64,000 nt of DNA from Marsupella aquatica (lineage: Eukaryota; Plantae; Marchantiophyta). The DNA lies in contig OZ316898.1 in NCBI GenBank assembly GCA_973895155.1, forward strand, positions 7,117,079 through 7,181,078, read 5' to 3'. Below the pieces are notes generated by a model, which was given only the letters and a program-made list of their open reading frames with translations, did no database searches and was not told where the DNA came from. A program made the translations under genes and the position numbers. This document shows positions 13,400-25,736 of this stretch, in pieces. Each line of letters starts with the position of its first letter. Within the stretch, counting starts at the first letter, position 1.

Positions 13400-15960
13400 A
13401 AGGATTTAGGCAAGTTTCTGTACATCCCAAACATTACCAACGCTGCCCATGGCAAGGCAACGACAAGTAAGACAACTCTCTAACATCTTGGAACGTTGTA
13501 AACAGAGGCATCAATATCAGATATGAAGACACGATGTTCCCCATAAAACAGAGTGATCTGTTTAAAAGCTTTACTTCCAAGTGAATTGATTACGTTATCT
13601 TGAAGGGAAATCACCCTTCATACAAATGGAATTGACCTGAATTGTGACTGTAATCCACTGAAGGGTACTTTCCCGTTATTATAAAGGAAATGATATGGAA
13701 TGCTGACTTGTGCTGCACGCTTTAGAGCACCTTCCCGTTGACATTTGGACGTGAATGTATTGGGATGAAATGGTGAGCAAGGGCCCCTCCGTTGGCAAAG
13801 AACACTCCCATGGACAGCAAAATCTACAGAGAAATAGCCGTCGTGGAGTAGATTCTCCTTTGCATCATGACAGGATGCCTGCTCATAAGAGAAGAATACA
13901 CAAATAAAATTGAAGAATTCATAAGATCTATAAACAGGCTCCCAATTTAGCAGCATGGAGAGGCCTTAATGCGTACTACTTGTGTGTTCGCTCGCCCTAG
14001 AAAGACATTTATGACGGGACACCACCCTGTGAAACTAACAGGAACTCAGCATTTTATTGAACTCTGTTCCTAGCCTTGATTTGGGAATCACACCAACAGT
14101 GCTATTAAAATGAGGAGATCACCTCAACTAGGTTGAACTGAAGATTTACCCAATTCCACTCCACATTGGGAGAGCTGCAGTGGGAACATCGCAACTGTGT
14201 TTGAACTTCTGACTTAGGTTGAAGGAGCCAAATGACAGAATCTAATGACTTATTTCCCTCCAAACTATGCAGGTCTGGTCAATTGAGAGAATCTGTCTCG
14301 TCGCTAAAAGTACAAAAGCACACAACTCTCGCCTCAAAGAATTGCTACCATCGGCACCGACACCAAGCACACAGCTTATCAAAACTTCAAAGATCTCCTA
14401 TGATTGTCAGACACGGCCGACCACAACGTGGAGGCGAAATGAACAATGCCGATGTTGGATTCCCTATTTTCTGCGAGAATTACAGAAATAGCCCTACTAT
14501 CTATGCACCTGTATGACCATTTTAGTCACCATGACACGTTTAGTTCTTACGAGACGTTAACTGCAGAAGCAGATAAAGAATGAACAAAAATGATCTCAAC
14601 TTCGTTCGCTACAATGGTAGGGCAGTGGAAGTGGCACAATATGTGCTGATCCTTTAGAACTATGATCGACCGTGACGGGGATGAGATTATCTCCTAGAGG
14701 AGGGGTTTCTGACCATTGTTAGGAATCACATCAGTTCAAGAATCAAGTTTTGTTTATCAATCCTCAGCCCCTGGTTGCTCCATTTGGGACCCTCTCTCCC
14801 TTGCTTGATCCCTGGGTATCCCTGGCTCCTATAATGTTGCATGCTTCAAAGATGATGTTCTCTACTGATGGGTGGATCGTTTTTCTCACGACGTTGCTTA
14901 TAAAATGCATCTGTACAATTTGTACGCTAACGCTTACCTATGTACAGTTATTATCTTTACTTAGACCCACCATGGTAGCGGACTCTAGAGACCTAGCGAC
15001 AATGACAGAAAGGAAACACTCCAGGTCATGTATAGAGGTTTCCAGTACGGAATATCAACACATTAGAGCTCGGCTTGGCCATGATTTTCTAGCAAGCAAA
15101 CGTCCTTTAGTCAGTAGGAAAAGTAAAATGTCTGCTCCCTGGTTTGGTCTTCCTCTGGATCTTCCCTTTCAGTTGTTTTCTCTCCTTTATTGGGTCGGCT
15201 GCCTTGCCATTGGGGTCTTGTCTCCCAGGGTTTTACGATTTTTGTTCTTTGGCCCAACCAACCTACCAACCAACCAACCATGTAGCATGATATGAAGTGC
15301 TCGAAAATGAAAATCAAGTATATATGACATCCTTCACGTAAGTAGCTCCATACTTAGAGTAGCTGTAAGTCTCTAATGCGCAAATACGGGGAGCTCCCTG
15401 CCCAGTGATGTTCATTTTGCTGCTGGCCACACCAATCAGAGTGTATGATCCCAGCGCGGGAAAGATTAACGAGAACCGAATCACTAAGTTGTCACTGATA
15501 TTCAGGCAGCTCATGAGCTCACCCAGAGAAGATTTAGACGCCCTCCTGAACGGAATTGCTACGGTGTTATTGAGAAGGCAGGTCGACATGAGCTCACCCC
15601 TTAGAGAAGATCTCGTTCGTCCTGCTGTCCTCAAATGCGTTTTGTAACTTGACGAAAGTGGGAATTGAGTTTCTCTTGCCCAACGTAAAGAATACACTTG
15701 ATAGTCTATTTCTTTCACAAAAGACCAGTGTCAGCAAGGCATGCGCTTAGTGGAAGTTGAGTCTCTTTTCTCAGCTCTTGTCAGCGAGAGCAGGGCTTAG
15801 AAACTTGGTAGTCTTTTCTTCCACAATGACAAATATCAGCAAGGCAGTGCTCGTTGATAAGCTGAAACCAATCGTGCTTTGTGCCCCTGAAATCGCTGGG
15901 GAAGCTGTGAGAATATTTTATGACATCCAATGTATGTCAAGCTCGACGACAAGATGGAAT
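13400..15960 (+). pseudogene. Decayed coding relic, possibly an endogenous mononegavirus L (polymerase/capping) gene fragment
   Basis: Stop-ridden + frames give collinear GINI (~13507), L*STEGYFPVIIKEM (~13648), FGNHT (~14080), LLT*VEG (~14206), NCYHR (~14340) and NADVGF (~14445). These resemble L-protein motifs recalled from memory; not verified. Confidence 0.35.
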
Positions 15961-16689
15961 GTAACCCGAGAGTTAAAGTACAAGAATTAAGATAACCGTA
16001 GGCAAATTGGGGATCATTGTAACAATTAAACTAGTTTTGGGGTCGGGTTACTAATTTTGCTCAATTAAGGGGACAGGTTACTGGAAAAATGTAGCCTCGT
16101 CTAACTATGTCATTGCCCCAGAAAACTAGAACGGTAGCACAAGTTTTGAGGGGCATTATTCTCACAATTCCCACTTCTGGGACATTAACATAAGTAAACA
16201 CTTAGTGATTTTTTTGGAAAAAGACAAGAACAAATCAACTTATGAAATGGATGCTGAAAAATAAACAGCCATGCAATTGGTTGAAAACCTGCACGAAGTT
16301 TAAGATGGAAAATATTCAGCCATCCAATATATTCGATTCTGGATACAACCTGCCTTATGTAAGACAATCTTTAATTTTGTTTTATATGGTAAGCTATTTT
16401 CTGTCTCGTACAATTTCCTAGACTTCCCATAACACCCTCCTCATACTTAGATTTGAAGCAAGTACTGTGCACTTCTGGTCACACAGCTTTAGTGATAACC
16501 ATTTACTCTCAGGGGTGTAAGGTCTACATGGACGTGAGGTTCACCCGCTCAACCCATCCAGCCTTCAAGTTCCATTAAGAATCTAAGTAATAATTTCAAT
16601 CAAAAGCTACTCCCGTGGCCTATTGTCTAGAGAGAAGTGAAGACTCTAGAGTGTGACGCTAACTGATGACACACCTGAAAATGATGGTG

Positions 16690-17410
16690 CAAACAATGAA
16701 TAGGATGGGACAAGGACAAACAAGAAGTAGTATGGAATTCTTTTTTCAAGGTGTTTACTTCTCCTCATCTTCATTTACGGCAAGGAACAACGTGTAATGA
16801 GGCTAGTTATATTGCAGCTAAAACATAAACAATGAGGATGGGACAAGGACACACACGAAGTAGCAAAGAATCCCTTTTTTAAGGTGTTTTCTTCTCCTCA
16901 TCTTTATTTACATCAATGAAAGTTTAATCAGGCTACTTATATTGCATCTAAAACATCTGAATAATAATTGGCCAAGAGAAGCTACTTTTAAGGTCTAGGG
17001 TCTAGAGTGAAGTCTCTAAACCATAACTCCCAATAGAGACAAAACCCATCATGAGTCTTAATAAGGACAAAACTTACAATGATGAACAAAAATTGACAGT
17101 GACTCTAAATAAAGACAAAACTGAAATGAGGATAGACAAAAAACAAGAATGGGGCAAATTAAGATGAACCCAAATAGCATATAATTTTTGTGTGCAAGAT
17201 CTTTTGTCTTCTTATCTACTACTTTCAAGGAATTGGTAATAAAGCTACAGTAGTTAACAAAAAATAGGATGGGACCAGAACTAACAAGAAGTAACATGGA
17301 ATCCTTTCTTTGGGGGTGCTTTTTCTCGTCATCTTTATTTTCGTCAAGGAACGTTTAATCAGGCTACAGTAGTTACATTGCATCTATTGCATCTATTGCA
17401 TCTACAACAT
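16690..17410. repeat. Three dispersed copies of a ~130-bp unit (16695-16825, 16833-16958, 17265-17410); related copy at ~8395-8533
   Basis: Shared GGATGGGAC..AAGAAGTA..TTCTCCTCATCTTTATTT..CAAGGAAC..TCAGGCT..TTATATTGCATCTA. Confidence 0.75.
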
Positions 17411-17968
17411 AAAACCCTTGTGGGGGTGAGAGTGAGCTCTACTCTAGGGCAACGTAATATAATGCGCCGTGGTTTCACGACCTCCACACAGATTGTATTC
17501 CTTCCTCAAAGCCACTTCCTTTGAATATCAGATTGGTCCCCTTTTTGGTTTTTGACTCGCTCCTCAATTAGTCTAGTCCTAGACCCATCGGTTCAATCCC
17601 GCACTGACATCGCCATCGCCACCGTTCTCCTTCGTTGTTCTCTCTGGGCATCAACCACGACCACAGTCGTGTGGTGATCACCCAGGAAGAAATGTTTGGG
17701 CTGATTGATTGATTGATTGATTGGAGGATTCGATTCGGGGAATGGTGATGATGATTCACTGTGAGTTGGTTCCGATCCTCTGTTTCTGTGTTGTTGATGA
17801 GAGAATGTGAATGTGATGAACGAGTCGAGTGGAGACGGACCACGGCGAAGGGAGAGAAGGGAGAGGAGGGAGAGAGGGGGCAGCAGCAGAGGAATGCAGT
17901 AGGACACATGATTTCTAAGATTTCTCTGCGGTTGTTGCGTTGCGGGCAGCGGGGGCGGCGAGAGCAAC

Positions 17969-20900
17969 ATGCCAACCACCGCCACCGGGCGGCTTTCGAG
18001 TGCAGTGAGCGTGAGCGGTAGTGGCTGTGTATCGTGCAGGCGAGTGCTTCACATCCTTCGTGGGAGGCGTGCTGTTCAACAAGCAGCTGTGATCGGGAAT
18101 CGGAATAGCCCTAATTCGTCTCGGAATTTGCTGCTGGAAATCGGCTGCGGTGCTGTTGCCGGATCTGGTCGTAGTCGTGGTCAAGCTGGTACTGGGACTG
18201 GTACTGGTGCTGCTGGTGCTGCTGCTGTCAGCTCATCGTTTAAGAACAGGGAGCCCTCGTCCATTGCGTGGGGAAGGAAGGCGGTTCACATGGCTTCACA
18301 GGCCTCTAAAGGTTGTTGGTGGTGGTGCTACTCTGGCCTCTTGCTCTTTTGGGGCTCTTTATGTTGACAAATGTGGTTGCCTCCCGGGATATTCCAATAT
18401 TGATCTGAAAGCTGTTGGATGAGTGCCATTTCATTGACACTGACTATCATTATGAAACTGTGGGGATTTCCACTCAGCTTCTTCACTGGACTGCCCATAT
18501 CTGTCTAGAAGTCTCTGTAGCATTCTGATCAGACCTTTCTGACGAAACTTGTCCGTGCAGCCATTGATGAGAGTGAGTACAGACCTCCGGATGCAAAGCT
18601 GACACTCTGGTCATGTTCAATTTTGTTGCTTGTTTGTGAAGAGGGGATACAGAGAGCTGAAAATTGTCATGCATGATTTGCAGAATTGCTGAAAGTAAGG
18701 AGCCTTCATGACGAGACAGACGATCCAATCGCATCAACAGAGAGGGTGGCCACGCCTGTATCATATGTGCCTATTCCTGACATTCGTGGTATGATCTCAC
18801 AAGCACACTCTTGGTAATTGACGACTTTTTCCAGAATCATTGACTCTGTGTAAGCAGAGACCTTCTCCCTAATCTCAATCGCAAGTTCACGTTTCGAGAG
18901 TGTTCCAGATTCCCAGTGTGCCACGTCGACGAGGTTGTCTTAGCGATGGTCTCACAATGACAATTCACTTCATGAATCTAGATTTCGGGTAGAACCAGGC
19001 TTGCGTGAACTGAAACCTGGGTCATTCTGTGAAGAATTACGTTTCTACGAATTGTGAAGGATCTTTGCATTGCCATGTTTTCTATCGTATTCGTCTATCA
19101 TTATGAATGGATCGCATTAGAGGACATGGGCTGAAATTGGTGTTGACCTAACAGGAGCAGTGATAGCTCTCGGAAAGTTCGATGCCCTCCATGCTGGGCA
19201 CCGGGCTCTTGCGGAGCAAGCAGCTAAAATGGGTGCTCCAGTCCTGTTATCTTTCTCTGGCATGGCTGAAGTCCTCGGCTGGGAGACACGGTATGTATTC
19301 TACGTCCTCAATGTCTGTCATCAAGTGTGGGGTTCCACTGATTCTCCTTAGTAGACGGGTTCACATAGGTTGGCTCGCAATTGATTACGAGGAACAATTG
19401 TTTTATACGTTTGCGGATGAACTCAGTTATGTCGAGTTGAAGCACGGATGTGGATAGGATGCCCCGTCGTGAAAAAACTTTAGTTGCAGATGGTCTAGTG
19501 AGAAATACCTCACCTGTATGGTTGCATGATTTGGCATGGTTCTCATGTTTGTAGGGTTATTGCAATGCTAGAGACCACCGATTGGCGCTTCCCAAAGTTG
19601 ATCCTGTAAAATCATAGATTAAAGTATTTCCGTAGAAAATTTTGCATCGTTCGGTGAATAAACTTATTATACTAAATCACATGTGCTCCAATTTGAACAT
19701 CATTTGTAGAACTGGGCTGGAATTATTGTGTGATTTGCAGTTCGGGTTCACGGGTCGAGAAGTTACTAGTTTAAAACCCTTACATGCTTATGATTGGAGC
19801 ACACGGCTCATGTAAGCTTCCGCATCATTGCTTGTTGCAACAGATATTTAGGTCACCCTTGGGGTGAGTGGAGTACTTGTGGAAGTATATGTTGGAATTA
19901 TTAAGAACAACTGAAGAGAAATGTTTTTCGCCATGATCTGGGGGCAGATTGCCAGTCGCTGCATTTTATGACCGCAAAAGGATCATGTCGATATGGGCAA
20001 GACACTGTGGAGGACTTGTACCTCAAGAGTGCGCTCTTGAGTTCGTCAAAGTCAGATCCTTGAGCCCACGAGAGTTCGTTCAGAAGCTTTCGACGGACTT
20101 GTGTGTGAAAGGAGTTGTTGCTGGTAAGTTTCAACCTTCACTGTTTCCTAGTGTCCTTGTTGTGTGGAGCAAAACCTTGATAGTCGGCTTTTGAAGGCTG
20201 GTGAGAAGTTCCGGTTGTACGTGGTTGGGGCTCGTCACCCGCTGTTATTGCATGGACAAGAAGAAAAAGGTCTCATTCCCACAACTTGGTGGAGATCACC
20301 TCAGCCATTAAGTCATGCATATGTAGGCGCTTGTGAACGTAGAGCACTAGAGCTGTGCTAAAGATTGAAGGACTTGGGAGAAAGGCTTTAATCCATTTCT
20401 TTTGTATGAAGGCGGAATTAGTACAATTACTAAACTTTTCACTGCATAATTGTACATTTCATGGTACTTAGACGAGACAGGGATCGCTCCTGGATGTCTG
20501 GGCCAGTTTAGGCTGTAATTTTCATCATAATATTTGGAATCCAGGTTTTGTTTTGGCAGTGGACTTGTTCCAGATGCGAGAATGTTCTCAACAGCAAAAT
20601 TAGGATTTTTGAGGCTTTCACGCATGAACCATCAGTTTAATGTACCATTTCCAAAGGAATTTTGATTGTTGGATCGGGCAGTATGAACAAGCTGCTGTTA
20701 CCGAGCTCAGTTCTGAGCTTTAGTGCAATACCAAACTTGTATTTAAGATGCATTGTATGTGCTTCAGGGGCAAATTATCGATTTGGATACAGGGCAGCAG
20801 GAGATGCGTCGGATCTCGTACACTTGTGCAGTGAGTATGGTCTCCAGTCGTTTATTGTAGATCCAGTCATGGATAAGGATGAAGCGGTGTACAGCATGAA

Positions 20901-21306
20901 TGGAGAATTAGCAGGGAATAGTCGGGAAAAGGGACAGATTTCGTCTACACGAGTCCGAAAGGCTCTTTCGATGGGAAACATGGAGCGGGTGACGAATCTG
21001 CTTGGACGGAGACACCGGCTAATTCTGAAGCTTGATAACTGTAGCAAGGAAAGCGATAGACTAGTTATCCCCATCAAGAATGCAACGAATCAATACCCTG
21101 GCGAAGGCTTGTATGATTGCGTTCTCGTGCTAACAGGGGAGCAAGTAGTAGTTGCTACAGGTGGGCAAGATATTGGTAATAACGTGGCTGACGATTTGAT
21201 AGGGACTGTAAAGGTGAAGATTGGACCTGCTTCTATCGAAATCATCATGGAAGATGCTATTGCTGGAAAGGTGTCTCAAAGAAGGCTTTTGGGCGTGGAA
21301 TTTTAG
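17969..21306 (+). CDS. RIBF: Plastid FAD synthetase (RibF family, FMN adenylyltransferase), 4 exons, ~397 aa
   Basis: Exons 17969-18311, 19155-19290, 19948-20123, 20768-21306; phases are consistent. Motifs [12 protein letters not shown] (HxGH), GANYRFG and ISSTRVR. The C-terminal domain lacks the riboflavin-kinase PTAN motif, as in plant monofunctional RibF. Confidence 0.92.
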
Positions 21307-23881
21307 TACGGTTGATGAATGCCTGATATATTATTCCGAGCTGTTGTACATGGGATGGCAGTACCGATAAGGATGTGTCCTTTCACTGGCGTCATTTTGG
21401 GATGACTGATTTGTGATGCGGTCCTCATCACGGAGCCAGTGGTACTACAATATCACAATGCCATGTTTCGGTTGAGGAATTGGCTGTTTTTTGATCCAAC
21501 TCGGCGATTTGAAGAGGTGGAGGAGTTAACGACAAATTGACCCCTCCGTTTTGGTTCTCGTAGGTATTCACTGTCAGTTTTGGTCCAATCTGGGGATTGG
21601 AGAAGGTCTAGTGTGTCATGGATCCAGAACTGACATATTTCACAGCATTTTGGTTCTAGAGTTAAAGTGTCTCAAAGATATTATATGGGGTTCAGTATGG
21701 GGCCCCAGCGACCACGGCAAACAATGCGCTCTCTCCCTGATTCAAATTGTTGGTAAAACCATTAAAGGTCAAGATCACAATAAACGATGATGTTGTGAAA
21801 TATTTGAGGTACTCATGTAGAAAGGTTAACTCTAGTGTTGACCGTCACCGGCACCTAAATCACTAAACCACATTCACCCTGTTTTTGCAAGTTCCGATTG
21901 CCGGATGTTACAAGACAGTGGGGATTGGACTTAGTCACCAGTAAAAGTAGTGACAGTTCAGGTGGCCCTAGAAACTTATAGTCCAAGAAGTACAGTATTC
22001 TATCTGCACGTATGATCACTTCAATGCAGAATTCAAAAGCCAGGTACCGGCTACGATCACTTTAGACACAATCTCGTAGATGAGGGGGAAACGATGCAAC
22101 GAAGTGTAATAATTGCAGCGGTTCAACCTCAGAGAGAAATGCATCAGTCCACACGAGTTTTTGCCAATATGGCATGCACAATGTCGTTCGCCCAATGATC
22201 TACTGTATCCAGGCCCCTTGTTTCGCGCAACAGTTGACACACAAAATTGGTGTCGATAATCCGGTTGTTCGTCTGTGATACAGTTGAGCTTTCCGAGGAG
22301 GCTAAGCACGGAGGTTGTCCATAGGCACATGGCCAAAGGTGTAAGGGCTAAACGAATCGACCTTTATACAGCAACTAGTTTCCACTTGCCGTAACGACAT
22401 TTGTCATTATCCTCATAGGGTGGAGTGACGTTTTGGAGGTCTTATATGATCAACTGTTAGACCTAACACCGCAGTATCCACTCAACTACTATACTGGACA
22501 TCTACCATCCTTGCTTCGTCAGCTCCGATCCGAAGCCGTAATTGTATGAAAGACTAATTCTATTCTGTTCCACCGCAGCACCAAGAAGCCAACAACATGA
22601 TTATCGTCACTAGTTTTGCCAGAGTGAAAAATATTAGCCCCGGTAAAGCCAAGTGAAAAAGAGGGACCCTTGTCTGTTAATTTTGATCTTCGCGTTTGCC
22701 ACATTAGTAACATTGCCACTTTCATCCAGAGTTTATGTTTGCTGCATTAGTAACCCTTTCATCCGGCTCTGGTCCCTTTAATAAACTTTTATCTTTTTCG
22801 CTATCGGGTTAGCTATTTCTCTATATATTCATAGCAACAAATTTGAGTATCTGAAAATGATACAATTTTTACTTTTTTGAAAAGATTGCAACCGAGAGCT
22901 CTAATAACTTGATCATAACATGGTCAGATCTAATAACCCTCTTGTTTCCTTGGGTCACAAGGTATTTGTCCCTCTGTATGTACAGACTACGATACTCAAT
23001 AGCTTGGGATTGTACTGCACAACAAGCCTGGCCATGGAAGAAAGAAAAGAACTATTGTTTGTCTACAGCCTCGCTAGCTTGGGAATGTACGTTAGTGCAC
23101 AACACGCTTGACCAGATCATTCTAGGCCCCTCGTCGCTGAATCGAGAGTTCGATTATTCGGCCAGATCATTCTGGGTGGCCCCTCATTGCTGAATTGAGA
23201 GTTGCATTAGTCTGTCAGAGCGGCATACTGTTGGAGTTAGCAAAGCAAGCAAGAGGGGTGTCTAGAGTAAGGTGAATCTTCCGTTGAGTGGACGACTACT
23301 GTAATGTCAGTTTTTAATTGCCATTATCAATCTGCCACATCACGTTCTCAGGAAACTATGCAGAGATTGAACCTTTGTTTCAGTGGGCGACTACTGTTAA
23401 GTAAGGCTCTCGCTCAAATTGTCACTTCAATTAATCTGCCATGTCATATAAGTAGGAAACCATGCAGAGGTTCAAGTGTACAGCAATTTTGATTAATACT
23501 GGCGCACTGCACTGTTCGTTTCCAATTCACGACGAGCAAATGAATGTGTTGGAAAAATGAGAAGCGAGCTTTTCTTTAGGACGAAGAACTCAATTACTGT
23601 TATGGAACAGTAACTGGAAACGCTAGAGTCTCGCGAAACCTTGGGCTTTGTTTCTACACGAGCCTTTTGATCAGATAAGTTTGACGCGTTGCAAGACATA
23701 CGTTTCATAACAGTAAGGGGAAGGTGAGGCGGCCCAAATGCTTTTAATGACATCGTCTGCTCTCTTCGTTTCTCATTCGAAATGTCTCGTCGAACTGTGA
23801 AGATTCAACCGAAATCCAACCAAAGTGCGATAGCTTGAACATTGAATGCGAGCAGGACGAGTCATTGAACTATCCGATGTC

Positions 23882-24700
23882 CTAGTTCGTGATCTCCTTG
23901 AGGCCCATAAACTCCCTCACTTGGTGAAGAATCCTCGGAAACTCAAAGAAAAGAACGGACGACACTCCTGAAAGTCCCGTTCGGCTCAATCTGTTCAATC
24001 CAGAAAGGTTTTTACAAGGGCTTCCCCCCAACAACGAAGTCGAAGCCTCCAACCTGGGTCAGCAACTCCTCTAGAGGTTTTCTGTCCAAAGCTCTCAAAT
24101 CTGTATACCGTAAAATCAACTCGCCAGGTTGGTTTGTGGCTTTCCACCATCGGTCAAGTACACGGCGAGACCTCTCATCGCGCACTCACAACCACATTCA
24201 AGCGAACCAATTTTTACAAACCTTTCCCCCAATCTACCCAATATAAACCCAATATTGCTAAGGTGCCCCCCAAACAAAATTAATTGTCAACCTGTCCTCT
24301 ATTTTGTATTGGGTTAAGATTAACTTCTAAACCAATTCCCATTGCCATGTGACAAGTCACTACCGGATAGCCTGAACCCATCAGGAACCCCCTTGGCCCC
24401 ACATGGTTACGGGAACCCATATACAAGTTAATATTGGGTTAGTTTGGGGGACATGTTAATAATATAAGGTAGTTTGGAGGACAGGTTAGTGAAAAACTCT
24501 TCAAGCAAATTCCTAGCTTCTGCAATGCAACCTCAGCACCTCCTATTCCTGCAAACAGTGACAACACAGTCATGCCTCTTCCTTCAGCACTGAGAAATGG
24601 TACCCCACTGTATGCACCTGGAAAGAGTCCCCCAAACGTTTAAGCTGGTCATTGGGATGATAGAGGGCTCGAGTATGACCCTTGTCAAACACCAAAGTAC
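23882..24700 (-). pseudogene. DRM: DOMAINS REARRANGED METHYLTRANSFERASE (DRM) C-terminal pseudogene fragment interrupted by a MITE
   Basis: Minus strand reads FDKGHTR...LGDSFQVHTVGYHFSVLK, GMTVLSLFAGIGGAEVALQKLGI, [MITE], LNVVVS, RRVLDRWWKATNQPGEL...GGFDFVVGG, SPCKNLSGLNRLSRTGLSGVSSVLFFEFPRILHQVREFM. Motif X precedes motifs I-IV, the DRM order. Three frameshifts. Confidence 0.9.
24206..24499. mobile_element. Mutator-like MITE inserted in the DRM pseudogene
   Basis: Long imperfect TIRs (TTTTTACAAACCTTTCCCCCAATCTACC versus rc TTTTTCACTAACCTGTCCTCCAAACTACC). 9-bp TSD TTCAAGCGA (24197-24205) / TTCAAGCAA (24500-24508). Removing it rejoins the DRM reading frame. Confidence 0.8.
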
Positions 24701-25663
24701 AACACAAGAAAAGCTCTTTAAGAGTGTTTCCCACAAAGTGACCAGAAAATCTACCATTTCAGGCCAGCTGCCACTAAATTGTTGTTTTGTTACCCACATA
24801 CAAGTCATTGTTAATAATTTTGCTTGAAAAGTAACTTATGAATGAGCAAATGTTTAATGAGTTGAGTGAGCAAGTACATCACCCCCTTACAACCCCTTCT
24901 CTCTTACAGTCATGGTCAACTGAATGTAGTTATTCACCTGGTTGTGTTAACAAGAAGTTTAGTTGTACTACTTTAGCCCTACAGTGTTGTGCAGATTTAT
25001 AGTCTCAAAGGTCATTTGCTTAGTACTAAAATGATAAGACAAACGATTATCTACCTGTTTGATATGATACACAGGACTTGGTGGTCAAAGGATCATCCTT
25101 CCGGTTTTCCTTTTTTTACTTATATCTGTACCTTAAAAAGACACACCAAAAAAATCATCCCATAAAAAGCTGTGTATCCACCCCTCTCCAAATAAAAACA
25201 AAAAATATTTTAAAGCATGGTTTTGTCCCTCCAGTTAAACTACCCTTTAAAATAAAATGTAAACGTTGAAAAGTAAACACATTAAAAGTTCACCACGAGC
25301 CACTTCGTCTCTTAAAATGGCAAGAAAAAACAAAAGGAATCAAATAAATACTCTCCAAGAAAAAACAAAGAAATTCAATGTTCCATCATTTATTTTTGTC
25401 TCGTTACATTGTAATTCTCAGGTAAACCATCCTGATGTTATGGAATGAGGTATGCAATTTAGGGTCTTTTTGGTCCGTTCACATGGTGTGAAACAGTAAT
25501 GGAGTCCAGTATTGCAATCCATAGTCCATTGTATGGGAGTCCGTAGATATGGCAGACAAAACCACCTTGGGAAGGTTTTTTGGTCCCCCATCACACAGCC
25601 CAGCCTCAATGCTCAAGTCCCGCATGTGAAACTCCTGAAATCATGTTGCATCCAAAGAAAAGG

Positions 25664-25736
25664 TTCCGTAACCGGGACTCGAACCCGGGTCGCCTGGGTG
25701 AAAGCCAGGTATCCTAACCATCTAGACTATTACGGA
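25664..25736 (-). tRNA. tRNA-Glu (anticodon TTC)
   Basis: Reverse complement TCCGTAATAGTCTAGATGGTTAGGATACCTGGCTTTCACCCAGGCGACCCGGGTTCGAGTCCCGGTTACGGAA folds as a cloverleaf with intact A/B boxes. A TTTT Pol III terminator follows immediately. Confidence 0.97.
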
